This document shows, piece after piece, positions 47,084 through 57,554 of a DNA stretch of 64,000 bases (position 1 is its first letter; every line of letters starts with the position of its first letter). The notes beneath the pieces are model-generated. The model searched no databases. It saw only the letters and a program-made list of their open reading frames with translations, and had not been told where the DNA came from. Source of the DNA: an uncultured Acidobacteriota bacterium (GTDB lineage: Bacteria; Actinomycetota; Acidimicrobiia; Spongiisociales; ZC4RG35); assembly GCA_963746905.1 (NCBI GenBank), contig CAVVCY010000003.1, positions 790,057-854,056 on the forward strand. The letters are read 5' to 3'. The translations under genes and the position numbers were made by a program.

Positions 47084-49450
47084 TCAGACGACTTCGACGG
47101 AGCCGTCGAAGACCTTCTGGGGCGGATTGCCTGACGGGTCCGGCACCACTGTGATGGATCCGACCTCGGCCAACTTGGTCGAAGAGGTCCCAATCAGAAG
47201 GTCCACCCGACCCGGTTCAACCACAAAGTCCAAGTCCCGGTTGTAGAAGCCGAGTTGGCCGACTGGAAGGCCGAACCTGGCCACGGCCGAAGCGCCGGCT
47301 GCCAGCTCGACCCTGGCGAAGGCCTTCAGCTCCAGGACGGGCCTCGTCACGCTCGCCTCGGGATCACGGATGTACAACTGGACGACCTCGTCTCCGTCGC
47401 GTCCTCCCGTGTTGGTGACTCGAGTGGTGACGGTCACCGTGTCGTTCCACCCAACCTCACCGCTGGCAGCAGTCACCTCGGAGAGCTCAAACGTGGTGTA
47501 GCTCAGGCCGTGACCGAATGGATACATAGGGGCGGCCGGCCCATCGATGTAGTCACCCTTCCAATGAGAGCGTCCCCCGGAGACCTTGTGGCCATAAAAC
47601 ACTGGGATCTGGCCTGTGGTCTGCGGGTGGGATACAGGAAGTTTGCCGCCGGGGTTGAAGGCGCCGGTCAGCACGTCGACAATCGCCCCCGCCCCTTCCT
47701 CTCCGGGCAGCCATGCGGCGACGACTGCAGCGGCGCCCTCATGGGCCCCAGCGCTACCGGTCGGCCTGCCAGTCACCAGCACCAGGATCAAGGGTGTCCC
47801 CGTGGCCAACACCTCCCGTACCAGGTCCTCCTGCACTCCCGGTAGGTCGAGCGACATCCGATCCCTGCCTTCGCCACTGGTGCACTCGTCAGTGAGACCC
47901 GCTTTGTCCCCCATGACCATGATCGCCACATCGGACGCGACGGCCAGAGCTATCGCATCGTCGAAGTCGTCCTTTGAGGTGCCGTTCACGTCACACCCTC
48001 GGGCGTAGGCGACCTCTGCCGGAACCCGCGAGTGCAACTCCTCGAAGACTGTGGTCACCTCTTTGGTCCAGGCGACCAGCCCGCTCAGGTCCGCAGTTGG
48101 TATCGAGAACACGTTCTCGTTGTTCTGCATCTCCAGCAGAGCTTCGATGTGGGCTGGGTAGGTGTAGTCGCCGAACAGATTTCGGGCGTCGTGCGCGTTC
48201 GGTCCGATGACAGCAATGGACGTCAGGTCGGTTCGGAGCGGAAGGATCCCGTCGTTCTTGAGCAGGACGATGCTCTTTCGTGCGATGTCGCGTGCCAACG
48301 CCCGGTCGGCCTGTGTGTGATCGAGCCTTGACATCGACTCCGGGTCGATGAGGGGCTTGTCGAACAAGCCCAGCTCGAACTTCGATCGAAGGACCCGGCG
48401 CACGGCCCTGTCGATCGTCTCGTGTCCTACGAGCCCTGCCTCGGCGGCGTCGAGCAGGGGGCCTCCGTAACAATCGGTGCTTGGAAGCTCGACGTCGATG
48501 CCCGCGGATAGCGCCAGTGCTGCGGCCTCCGCACCATCACGCGCCACGTGGTGATAGCTGGCGAGTTGGCGTATCGAAAAATAGTCGGACACCACCGATC
48601 CCTCGAAACCCCAGGTGTCTCTAAGTGTGCCGGTGAGCAGGTCCCCGTCGGCGGCGCATGGGAGCCCGTCGAGCTCGAGATACGCATTCATCACCGATTG
48701 CAGCCCGGCAGTCTTGACCGCGGCCTCGAATGGGTGGAGGTACACCTCGCGGATCTCACGCGCCGCGATCCGGGCCGGGGCCCAGTTCAACCCACCGTCG
48801 GAAGCGCTGTATCCCACGAAATGCTTCGCAGTGGCGATGACACCCTCCTGGAGATCGCCGCCCTGGAGGCCGCGAACGAAGGCGACGCCCATCCTCGCCA
48901 CCAAGTAAGGGTCTTCACCGAACGTCTCCTCGAGGCGGCCCCATCGCGGATCGCGACCGATGTCCAGCACCGGCGACAGCCCTTGGTGGGCACCCATCGC
49001 CCTCATCTCTCGCCGCACGACATCAGCCATCGCCTGGGCGAGGGCAGGATCCCAGGTGCTCGCCACTCCGATCGCCTGCGGGAACACTGTTGACTCTGCC
49101 GCCATCAAACCGGAGCAGATCTCCTCATGGACGATGGCCGGTATCCCAAGCCTGGTTTCGTTGACCAGGTAGGCCTGTATCGAATTGGCGACCCGGGCCG
49201 CCATCACCGGGGTGAAGTTGCTGGCTCCGGATACTCGGGTGACGTGCCCTATCCCGCTGGACAGAAGCTCTCTTGCCTTCTCAACCGAGAACGCATCAGA
49301 ATCGAGTAGCTGGAAGACCCAGACGCTCCCCAGTTGAGCGGCCTTCTCTTCGAAAGTCATCCGACTGAGGAGATCCTCGATCCGCTCCTCGACGCTTCGC
49401 CCCGGATCCCGATACACCGGCTCGGTGCCGTCGGCGGTCAACGCGGTCAT
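47084..49450 (-). CDS. GH3 beta-xylosidase/beta-glucosidase
   Basis: RDPRWGR.EET.GEDP, KHF, VSDY, Fn3-like tail. Confidence 0.93.
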   Translation of the reverse strand: MTALTADGTEPVYRDPGRSVEERIEDLLSRMTFEEKAAQLGSVWVFQLLDSDAFSVEKARELLSSGIGHVTRVSGASNFTPVMAARVANSIQAYLVNETRLGIPAIVHEEICSGLMAAESTVFPQAIGVASTWDPALAQAMADVVRREMRAMGAHQGLSPVLDIGRDPRWGRLEETFGEDPYLVARMGVAFVRGLQGGDLQEGVIATAKHFVGYSASDGGLNWAPARIAAREIREVYLHPFEAAVKTAGLQSVMNAYLELDGLPCAADGDLLTGTLRDTWGFEGSVVSDYFSIRQLASYHHVARDGAEAAALALSAGIDVELPSTDCYGGPLLDAAEAGLVGHETIDRAVRRVLRSKFELGLFDKPLIDPESMSRLDHTQADRALARDIARKSIVLLKNDGILPLRTDLTSIAVIGPNAHDARNLFGDYTYPAHIEALLEMQNNENVFSIPTADLSGLVAWTKEVTTVFEELHSRVPAEVAYARGCDVNGTSKDDFDDAIALAVASDVAIMVMGDKAGLTDECTSGEGRDRMSLDLPGVQEDLVREVLATGTPLILVLVTGRPTGSAGAHEGAAAVVAAWLPGEEGAGAIVDVLTGAFNPGGKLPVSHPQTTGQIPVFYGHKVSGGRSHWKGDYIDGPAAPMYPFGHGLSYTTFELSEVTAASGEVGWNDTVTVTTRVTNTGGRDGDEVVQLYIRDPEASVTRPVLELKAFARVELAAGASAVARFGLPVGQLGFYNRDLDFVVEPGRVDLLIGTSSTKLAEVGSITVVPDPSGNPPQKVFDGSVEVV

Positions 49451-50307
49451 CCTTTGACTCCTCCTGCGGTGAGACCGCTGACGATTTGCTTTTGGGCGAT
49501 GAAGTAGAAGATGAGGGCCGGGATCATCGCAAGAGTGGTGTAGGCCAGGATCATCGCCGTGTCGGTCACATATTGGGCCGAGATGTTGTTGATACCCAAT
49601 GGCAGCGTCCATTGCCCGGGGTCGATGAGAACGAGAAGCGGAAGGAGGAATGAGTTCCAGCTCCCAACGATGGTGAGCACGGCGATCGTGCTCAGCACCG
49701 GTCGGGACAGGGGAAGCATGACCGACCAATAGAAGCGGAGCGGTCCGCAGCCGTCGATGGCGGCTGCGTCCTCGAGATCTCGGGGAATGCTGCGGAAGAA
49801 CGGCCGGAGTATCACGATGGAGAGCGGCAGCCCGAATGCCGCCTGGGGGAGGGCGATCCCCAACGGGCTGTTGAGGAGCCCAGTTTGTCGGAGAGTGATG
49901 AATAGGGGAAGGATGGCCACCGCGACGGGGAAGAGGAGGCCGAGGGTAAACAGAGCAAACACCAGCTCCCGCCCACGGAACTTGTAGCGAGCAATCACAA
50001 ATGCGGCCAACGAGGCGGCGGGAAGGACCAGCGCCGTGGTGATCATGGCGATAAGGACACTGTTCTTCACCCACCCGTAGAAGCTGGGGTCGGTCAACGC
50101 CGTTTGGTAGTTAGTCCAGACCCATGGGTCAGGCAGCCCGACCGGGTCCGCGGCGAGTTGGGCGTTGCTGCGGAACCCGCCGATGATCGAAAAGCTCAAC
50201 GGGACGATGATCACCAACAGCACGATGACCGCGACCAGGTAGAGAAGCCCTCGACCGAAGTCGAACTTCCGCGAGGAGTTGGAAGTGGGGGCTGTGGCCG
50301 TCGTCAC
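49447..50307 (-). CDS. Carbohydrate ABC transporter permease
   Basis: EDAAAIDG EAA loop. Confidence 0.93.
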   Translation of the reverse strand: MTTATAPTSNSSRKFDFGRGLLYLVAVIVLLVIIVPLSFSIIGGFRSNAQLAADPVGLPDPWVWTNYQTALTDPSFYGWVKNSVLIAMITTALVLPAASLAAFVIARYKFRGRELVFALFTLGLLFPVAVAILPLFITLRQTGLLNSPLGIALPQAAFGLPLSIVILRPFFRSIPRDLEDAAAIDGCGPLRFYWSVMLPLSRPVLSTIAVLTIVGSWNSFLLPLLVLIDPGQWTLPLGINNISAQYVTDTAMILAYTTLAMIPALIFYFIAQKQIVSGLTAGGVKG

Positions 50308-51248
50308 GTGGTCAGCGCTCCTTCCAGGTCACGGCGCAGGACGAAGCGTTGATAGAACAGGGCGACGATAAGCGAGAGCCCGAAAACGATCACCGAAACT
50401 GCGCTGGCATATCCGAATTGGCCGCGTCGGAAGCCCCAATCGACGAGGTATGTTGCCATGGTTGCGGTCGAGTTCACCGGCCCTCCCTTGGTCGTCACCC
50501 ACACCAGGTCGAAGAGCTGGAGGGCGCCGATGATCGACAGGAACATCGAGACTCGGATTGTGGGGCCGAGCAGCGGGAGGGTCACGAAACGAAAGCCTTT
50601 CCAGAAGGAGGCGCCGTCGATGGCCGCGGCCTCTTCGAGCTCAGTTGGGATCAATTGCAGACCAGCCAGGATCAGCACCATGTGAAAGCCGAAGTACTTC
50701 CAGGAGATAACGAAGAAGAGGCTGTAGAGAGCGATTCGGGGGTTGGCCAGCCACTCCATGGTGAGATTACCTGCGCCGACCCCTGCCAGCATCTGATCGA
50801 AGAGGCCTTCTGGCCGGAAGATCTGGCGCCAGACCACCCCGGTCACCACCTCAGAGAGGATGAACGGCGCGAAGTACATCGTCCGGAAGACTCCACGTCC
50901 CTTGAGGGTGCGGGTCAGCAGGACAGCAAGGGCAATAGCGAAAGGTATCTGTAACAGCAGAGACAACCCGATGATGATCGCGTTGTGGGTAATGGCTTCG
51001 ATGAAGAGCGGGTCGCTGAATGCGTCTTTGTAGTTCTGGAGGCCCACCCAATCGGTGAGGGGTTTGAGGCCGTTCCAGTCATATCCGCTGAATCGGATGC
51101 TCTGGGTGATCGGGTAGAGGACGAAGAGGGCATACAGCAACAGCGCGGGCAGCAGGAAGGCAAGGATCACTGGCCAGGGAGCGGTCCCCGGCGCGCGTCG
51201 AACAACTCGCTTGGTGCGCGGCACCTCGGTCGGCGTCTCCCTTGTCAC
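50304..51248 (-). CDS. Carbohydrate ABC transporter permease
   Basis: EEAAAIDGA EAA loop. Confidence 0.93.
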   Translation of the reverse strand: MTRETPTEVPRTKRVVRRAPGTAPWPVILAFLLPALLLYALFVLYPITQSIRFSGYDWNGLKPLTDWVGLQNYKDAFSDPLFIEAITHNAIIIGLSLLLQIPFAIALAVLLTRTLKGRGVFRTMYFAPFILSEVVTGVVWRQIFRPEGLFDQMLAGVGAGNLTMEWLANPRIALYSLFFVISWKYFGFHMVLILAGLQLIPTELEEAAAIDGASFWKGFRFVTLPLLGPTIRVSMFLSIIGALQLFDLVWVTTKGGPVNSTATMATYLVDWGFRRGQFGYASAVSVIVFGLSLIVALFYQRFVLRRDLEGALTT

Positions 51249-51265
51249 GGTCGCCTGGTCGGTCG

Positions 51266-51295
51266 GTGGAGGGCCGCCTTACGGCGGCCCTCCAC
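51266..51295. terminator. Hairpin after the binding-protein gene (mRNA stabiliser or partial terminator)
   Basis: gtggagggccgcc-ttac-ggcggccctccac. Confidence 0.7.
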
Positions 51296-51320
51296 GAGTT
51301 TGCTCACATTACGGCCGAGA

Positions 51321-52694
51321 TCAGCTCGCGGCGTCAGTGATCGCCTGGGTCACCTCTTCAGGTGTCGCGGTCCCCGCGAACAGGGTGGCGACCGCGTCGT
51401 TCACCGCCGCGCCCAACTCCGGCGAGAAGTACTGGTCGAGATAGAGCTGGACGAATGTCGCCTTGCCCAATCCTTCGAGTACCGCTAGCTGGTACGGATC
51501 CGTTACCGAGTCCTCGGCTCCCTTGGTCACGGGGAGCGTGGTACCGGTCGCACCGACGATCCGTGCGTTGTCGACGTTGGTGATGAACTCCAGGAACTGG
51601 ACCGCCTCCGGCTCAGCGTCCTTGCCGACTGCGAACCCGTCGCCACCACCGAACCCGTCGGTTCCGGCGCCCGCTCCGCCATCGACTGCCGGGAATGGGA
51701 ACCATCCGAATTCAGCTGGCAAACGGTCGGCGATCGGGTCGACCTTCGGGTCGCCTATCCCGGACTGGTTTGCGTAGGCCCCGGGGCCCCACTGGCCCAT
51801 GAGGCTCATCGCTGCGGCACCTGTGCCGATGGTTCCCGACTCACCGTCAGGCGCGTCCCACGGTGCGGCCAGGAAGCCGGGCTGGAATGGCTCCATGTCG
51901 ATCAGCCGCTGCAGCTGGTTCCCCGCCTCGATGAACTCCGGCTTGTTGAAGTCGAGGTCCGCAGTGACCGCGTCCATGGCGGCCTTGCCTCCCTCGCGGA
52001 TCATCAGATAGGAGTAGTAGAAGTGGGCCGGCCACTTGTCACCGGCTCCAACCGCGATCGGGGTGATCCCGGCGTCCTTCAACGCCTGCACGTCGGTGAG
52101 GAACTCCTCCCAAGTCGCGGGCGGAGCATCGATCCCGGCCTGGGTGAACAGGTCCTTGTTGTACCAGAACCCGACCATCCCCAGGTTGAAGGGGATTCCA
52201 TACTGGGCCCCGTCGACCTGATAGAGGCCAGTGGCGCCTTCGTTGAGGTTGCCAATGAATCCTGACGACGCATCGGTGATGTCCTGGACCAGACCCGCTT
52301 CAACCTGCTCGCGAAGGCCACCGCCGCCCCAGGACTGGAAGAGATCGGGGACGTCCCCTGCCTGGAGATTGGTCTGGAGCGCTGCCTTGAAGGCCTCGTT
52401 CTCCATGACGGTGATCTCGATGGTGACATTGGGGTGCTCTGCCATGAAGGCGTCCGCCATGTCTTGCCAGACGGTCATCATCGGTTCCGTGTTCTGGATG
52501 TGCCACCAAGTGACGGTCACCGGTTCCTCCGGTGCTGCCGTCGAGGTGGTGGACTCAGCCGGAGCCGCGGTCGTGCTCGAACCCTCGTCCGGGGCAGCAG
52601 TCGTACTGCTGGCGCCTTCGCCATCGCCGCATGCGGCGAGCACCATGACCAGGATGGCCAGCAAGGCCAGCGGTCTCTTTAGTATTCGATTCAC
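51321..52694 (-). CDS. Sugar ABC substrate-binding lipoprotein
   Basis: LAAC lipobox, PDLFQSWGGG. Confidence 0.92.
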   Translation of the reverse strand: MNRILKRPLALLAILVMVLAACGDGEGASSTTAAPDEGSSTTAAPAESTTSTAAPEEPVTVTWWHIQNTEPMMTVWQDMADAFMAEHPNVTIEITVMENEAFKAALQTNLQAGDVPDLFQSWGGGGLREQVEAGLVQDITDASSGFIGNLNEGATGLYQVDGAQYGIPFNLGMVGFWYNKDLFTQAGIDAPPATWEEFLTDVQALKDAGITPIAVGAGDKWPAHFYYSYLMIREGGKAAMDAVTADLDFNKPEFIEAGNQLQRLIDMEPFQPGFLAAPWDAPDGESGTIGTGAAAMSLMGQWGPGAYANQSGIGDPKVDPIADRLPAEFGWFPFPAVDGGAGAGTDGFGGGDGFAVGKDAEPEAVQFLEFITNVDNARIVGATGTTLPVTKGAEDSVTDPYQLAVLEGLGKATFVQLYLDQYFSPELGAAVNDAVATLFAGTATPEEVTQAITDAAS

Positions 52695-52797
52695 CTGTAT
52701 TTGCTCCTTCCACATTGGGCGCACGGCCCGGGGCCTGCGCTTCGTAGTCGTTTTAGTCGTTTCGGTCTCTGACTCGCTTCCTCCTCGGGGTTCTCCG

Positions 52798-53793
52798 TCA
52801 GGTCACGGCCCGGCACGAGTGCCGGACTACGAGCTCGGTGGGCAGCGTGACGTGGATGTCGTGTTCGCTCGGTTCCTCGATCAGCCTGATGATGAGGCTT
52901 GCCGCCTCGTAGCCCATCTGCTGAATCGACTGGTCGATGGTGGTGAGTGGCGGGTTGGTCAGCGCCGACTCCGGGATGTTGTCGAACCCGACCACGGAGA
53001 GGTCGTCGGGCACGGTGAGGCCGAGCTCGTCGGCAACCCTCATGGTCTGAATGGCCGATACGTCGTTGGCGGCGAACACCGCCGTGGGGCGCTCGTCTGA
53101 CTCGAGCAGCTCCCGAGCGCTGCTCCGCGCCGAGTCCTCCGAATAGCCGCCAACCCGAACCAACTCAGGCTGGAATCCAATCCCGGCTTCGGCGAGGGCC
53201 GCGCGATAGCCAAACTCCCTGCGCCGGGCAGATTCCAGGTCGGGACGGCCCGCCAGGAATCCGATCCTGGTGTGACCGAGGCCCACAAGGTACCGGGTGG
53301 CGGTCATTGCCCCCTCATAGTTCTCGGAGTCCACGGTGGGCATAGTCGAGGGCCCGGTGTGGGGGTCCACTGCCACCACCGGAGCACCGAGGACCGGATC
53401 GACCACGGTCGGGGTCACCAGGATGGTCCCGTCGGTGAGGGTCCCGCTCAATCGCGACAGGTAGCGCCGCTCCCAGCCGGTGTCGTCCTCGAGGTGGCCA
53501 CCGCCCGAGTAGACGATCAGCTCGTACCCCGTGCGACTGAGAGCGCGGGCAGCCCCTTTGAGGAGCTCAGCACTGAATGGCTCGAGGTCGGCGACGATGA
53601 TCCCGATCACATTGGTGCGGTGGCTGCGGAGGCTCCGCGCAACCAGGCTGGACTCGTAACCCAACTCGTTGATGGAAGCCCGCACCCGGGTCGAAGTAGT
53701 CGGGGACACCCCGTATCGCCTGTTCATAACCCGGGACACAGTGGCTATGGAGACCCCGGCATGGGCGGCGACGTCGCCAATGGTCACTCTCAA
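52798..53793 (-). CDS. LacI family regulator
   Basis: TIGDVA..AGVS.ATVSR, SVVGFD. Confidence 0.95.
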   Translation of the reverse strand: MRVTIGDVAAHAGVSIATVSRVMNRRYGVSPTTSTRVRASINELGYESSLVARSLRSHRTNVIGIIVADLEPFSAELLKGAARALSRTGYELIVYSGGGHLEDDTGWERRYLSRLSGTLTDGTILVTPTVVDPVLGAPVVAVDPHTGPSTMPTVDSENYEGAMTATRYLVGLGHTRIGFLAGRPDLESARRREFGYRAALAEAGIGFQPELVRVGGYSEDSARSSARELLESDERPTAVFAANDVSAIQTMRVADELGLTVPDDLSVVGFDNIPESALTNPPLTTIDQSIQQMGYEAASLIIRLIEEPSEHDIHVTLPTELVVRHSCRAVT

Positions 53794-53826
53794 CGATCGC
53801 TCTCCTCCATCGGCAAAATCGAATTT

Positions 53827-53852
53827 CGGTAACGATTTCGAGAACGATTACA
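53827..53852. promoter_or_regulatory. Tandem LacI-type operators
   Basis: cggtaacgatttcg and cgagaacgattaca, CG-centred pseudo-palindromes upstream of the LacI gene. Confidence 0.6.
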
Positions 53853-53908
53853 AACTTAGACCCTGTCCCGGTCCGATGACGCCCCGGAGCGGGAATTTCT
53901 TTCGTGGT

Positions 53909-55434
53909 TCAGGCGGGGCCGAGGCGAAGCATGGCGAAAGAGACAGGAGGCAAGGCGATGTCGACTGCTTCCTTGGCGGATTCCCAACTCCCGGATCGGG
54001 GGCGGACCCGCCCTGGGGTCGACTCGGTGTTGGCCGCTTCCGGCTCGTCGTCGGCCAAGATAAGCAACTCGATCACGCTGGTAGGCCCCAGGCCACGGAG
54101 GTCGACGGTCACACTTGATGGGTGGTGTCGGGAGCGGTTGACAATGAACACCGTGGTCGCCAGGGATCGTGGGTCGAACGTGGCCACTGCCTCAACCGCC
54201 GACACCGTGCCCCGACGCCCCGATTCGATCTGTTCGCCATCCACCACCACATCGAGCACCAGGCCGCGAGCGTGACGGGCGATCATCGAGAACGGATAGA
54301 AGGTCGTCTGGCGCCAACTGGATCCAGAGGGCTCGGCTCGGATCGGTGCGATGGTGTTGACCAACTGCGCTTGGCACGCGATTCCAACTCGGTCGCTGTT
54401 GCGAACCAGCGTCATCAACAGCGAGCCCACAACGATCGCATCGGTGACCGTGTACTGGTCCTCGCAGAGCCGAGGCGCGTGCCGCCACTCCTCCGCAGGG
54501 GGGCGGCGTTGTGCCGGCCCATGTACCACACGTTCCATTCGTCGAAGGCGATCCCGATCCGTTTCGACGAACCCCGCCGTCGGGCGACCTCGTCGGCGAT
54601 CTCAGTGACCGTCGAGATCTGCTGGCCCATCTCAGCCGCAGACGCCAGGAACTCCTCCTCAGCCATCGCCTCGGGGTCGTAATAGGCGTGTGTCGAGATC
54701 AGGTCTGTCTGGTCGAAGGCATGCTCGAGCACGGTGCGGTCCCAGGAGCCGAAGGTGGGCATCGAGACCCCGGAGCTCCCACAGAGGACCAGACGGAGCC
54801 CGGGGTCGACCTTTCGCATCGCTCGGGCAGTCGCCTCTGCCAGGCGCCCGTACTCGTCGGCATCCTTGTGCCCTAGCTGCCAAGGCCCGTCGATCTCATT
54901 CCCGAGGCACCAGGTTTGGATGCCATAGGGCTCCGGGTGACCATGGCGATGGCGAAGATCCGAGAATGCACCGCCGTTGGCGAGGTTTGCGTACTCCAGA
55001 AGCTCAGTCGCCTCTTTGGTGCCCCGGGTCCCCAGATTGAGGGCGACGATGGGCTCGACGCCAGCCTTCTCGGCCCATAGCGCGAACTCTCCCAGGCCGA
55101 AGTGGTTGGGTTCGATGCTCCTCCACGCTCGGTCCTTGCGCGTGGGTCGCCCCTCCACCGGCCCCACCCCGTCCTCCCACCGATATCCCGAAACGAAGTT
55201 GCCGCCGGGGTACCTGACCGCGGTCACCCCGAGCTCGCGGACCAGATCGAGAACATCCACCCGGAAACCATGCCCGTCGGCTCGCGGATGCCCTGGCTCG
55301 AAAATCCCGGTGTACACCCCGCGACCCATGTGCTCGACGAAAGACCCGAATACGAGAGGGTTGACCGGAGCCAGTGCCAGGTCCGGATCAAGGGCCAAGC
55401 CGGCGCGCCAAGTGGTGCCGTCCCCGTCGGTCAT
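53909..55434 (-). CDS. GH51 alpha-L-arabinofuranosidase; frameshift in a homopolymer near 54500
   Basis: RYPGGNF, WCLGNE, AFDEWNVW; second frame has AQLVN.IAPI. Confidence 0.9.
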
Positions 55435-55507
55435 CGGGGCACGGTAACGGTCCAGGCCCGGACCCGGAGGAGCGCTACGGCGACGACTCAAATATGGTTC
55501 GGAGCGC

Positions 55508-56512
55508 ATGACCGCTCCGATCGATCAGTTTCAGCGGCCGATGCGCGATCTGCGCATCTCGGTCACTGATAGGTGCAACTTCCGTTGCACCTACTGCATG
55601 CCCAAAGAGGTCTTCGGCAAGGATCATCAGTTCCTCTCGAGAGAGGACCTGCTCACGTTCGACGAGATGGCAGTCCTCACCCGCGCATTCGTCGAGCGAG
55701 GGGTCGAGAAGGTGAGGATCACCGGTGGCGAGCCTTTGTTGCGCAAGGGCATCGAGAAGTTGATCGGGATGATCCGGCCGTTGGAAGGAGTCCGGGACCT
55801 CACCGTGACCACAAACGCATCGTTGCTCCCGAGAAAGGCTCAAGGCCTCGCCGCCGCCGGTCTTGACCGGGTCACAGTGAGCCTCGATGCCCTGGATGAC
55901 CCCACGTTCCAGAGGATGAACGATGTCGGATTCCCGGTCGCTGCCGTTTTGGAGGGGATCGACGCGGCGGCGGAGGCGGGCCTGGGTCCGATCAAGGTAA
56001 ACGCGGTGGTACAGCGAGGGGTCAATGACCATGCGGTGCTCGACATGGCCCACCACTTCAGGGGAACCGGTCACATCGTGCGCTTCATCGAATACATGGA
56101 CGTGGGCACCACCAACGGGTGGCGTCTTGACGACGTTGTCCCTGCCGAGGAGATGATCTCCTCGATCAACGAGATCTACCCCTTAGAGCCGATCCCACCC
56201 AACTATCCGGGAGAGGTGGCCAACCGCTTTCGCTACCTAGACGGCCAGGGAGAGGTCGGCATCATCGCCTCGGTCACCCAGCCCTTTTGCGGTTCCTGCA
56301 CCCGAGCCCGGATCTCGGCCGAGGGCTCGCTCTACACCTGTTTGTTCGCCACGGCAGGCACCGATCTGCGCCACGCGCTCCGTAACGGCCAGGATGTGGG
56401 CTCCATCCTCGACGCCGTCTGGTCGGCACGCACCGACCGCTACTCAGAGATCAGGTCGTCACAGACGGTCACTATCGGGTCGAGGGTGGAGATGAGCTAC
56501 ATAGGCGGGTAG
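55508..56512 (+). CDS. moaA: GTP 3',8-cyclase
   Basis: CNFRCTYC, TGGEP, FCGSC.R, C-terminal IGG. Confidence 0.96.
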   Translation: MTAPIDQFQRPMRDLRISVTDRCNFRCTYCMPKEVFGKDHQFLSREDLLTFDEMAVLTRAFVERGVEKVRITGGEPLLRKGIEKLIGMIRPLEGVRDLTVTTNASLLPRKAQGLAAAGLDRVTVSLDALDDPTFQRMNDVGFPVAAVLEGIDAAAEAGLGPIKVNAVVQRGVNDHAVLDMAHHFRGTGHIVRFIEYMDVGTTNGWRLDDVVPAEEMISSINEIYPLEPIPPNYPGEVANRFRYLDGQGEVGIIASVTQPFCGSCTRARISAEGSLYTCLFATAGTDLRHALRNGQDVGSILDAVWSARTDRYSEIRSSQTVTIGSRVEMSYIGG

Positions 56513-56524
56513 TCGCCAACTCCA

Positions 56525-57523
56525 CTACCCGAGGGTGGCCACCAGGATCGCCTTGATGGTGTGGAGCCGGTTCTCTGCCTGCTGGAAAGCCACGGTCGCC
56601 GGCGACTCGAAGACGTCGTTGGTCACCTCGAGGCCATTGGGCATGTTGGTCAACTCCATGATCTCCCGGCCCACCGTGGTGTTTGTGTCATGGAACGCCG
56701 GCAGACAGTGCATGAAGCGGGTGTTTTTACCCGCCGCCTTCATCAGTTTGCTGTTCACCTGATAGGCCTTGAGCTCCTCGACCCTGCTGGTCCAAACTTC
56801 CTTGGCCTCACCCATCGAGACCCACACGTCGGTGTGGATGAAATCCACGCCCTTCACCCCTGCCTGCGGGTCGTCGGTGACAGTGATCGACCCTCCGGTC
56901 TGAGAGGCAATCTTCTTGGCTGCAGCAAGGACATCCTTGGGAGGTCCGAGTTGTTTGGGGCCGACCAGACGCAGATCGGCACCCATCAGGGCCGCCATCA
57001 CCGTGTGTGAGCGACCCATGTTGAAGCGCAGGTCTCCGACGAACGCATAGGAAAGCTCGTTGTAGGGCTTGCCACTGGTCTCGTGCATGGTCAGGAAGTC
57101 CGCCAGCATCTGGGTGGGGTGCCATTCGTCGGTCAGACCGTTGTAGACAGGAACTCCTGCGTATTCAGACAGTGCCTCGACGTCGGCCTGCCGGTTCCCC
57201 CGGTACTCGATGGCGTCATACATGCGTCCCAGCACCCGCGCGGTGTCGGCAATGGACTCCTTGTGGCCGATCTGGGATCCCGACGGGGCGAAGTAGGTGA
57301 CATGCGCACCTTGGTCGTATGCCGCGACCTCAAATCCGGCGAGGGTGCGGGTCGAGGTCTTCTCGAAAATGAGAGCGATCTCCTTTCCGGCGAGCCCCTT
57401 CGACTCGGTGCCCGAGTACTTGGCGGTCTTGAGGGACTCCGAGAGGTCGAGGAGGTACTTCATCTCATGGGGCTCGAAGTCGAGCTCCTTGAGGAAGCTC
57501 CGACCCTTGAGGTTGTATGACAT
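56525..57523 (-). CDS. arcB: Ornithine carbamoyltransferase (catabolic by context)
   Basis: STRT, HPTQ, DVWVSMG, HCLP. Confidence 0.92.
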   Translation of the reverse strand: MSYNLKGRSFLKELDFEPHEMKYLLDLSESLKTAKYSGTESKGLAGKEIALIFEKTSTRTLAGFEVAAYDQGAHVTYFAPSGSQIGHKESIADTARVLGRMYDAIEYRGNRQADVEALSEYAGVPVYNGLTDEWHPTQMLADFLTMHETSGKPYNELSYAFVGDLRFNMGRSHTVMAALMGADLRLVGPKQLGPPKDVLAAAKKIASQTGGSITVTDDPQAGVKGVDFIHTDVWVSMGEAKEVWTSRVEELKAYQVNSKLMKAAGKNTRFMHCLPAFHDTNTTVGREIMELTNMPNGLEVTNDVFESPATVAFQQAENRLHTIKAILVATLG

Positions 57524-57554
57524 CAACTTCTCCTTTGGTTTTCAGTGCAGCGAA

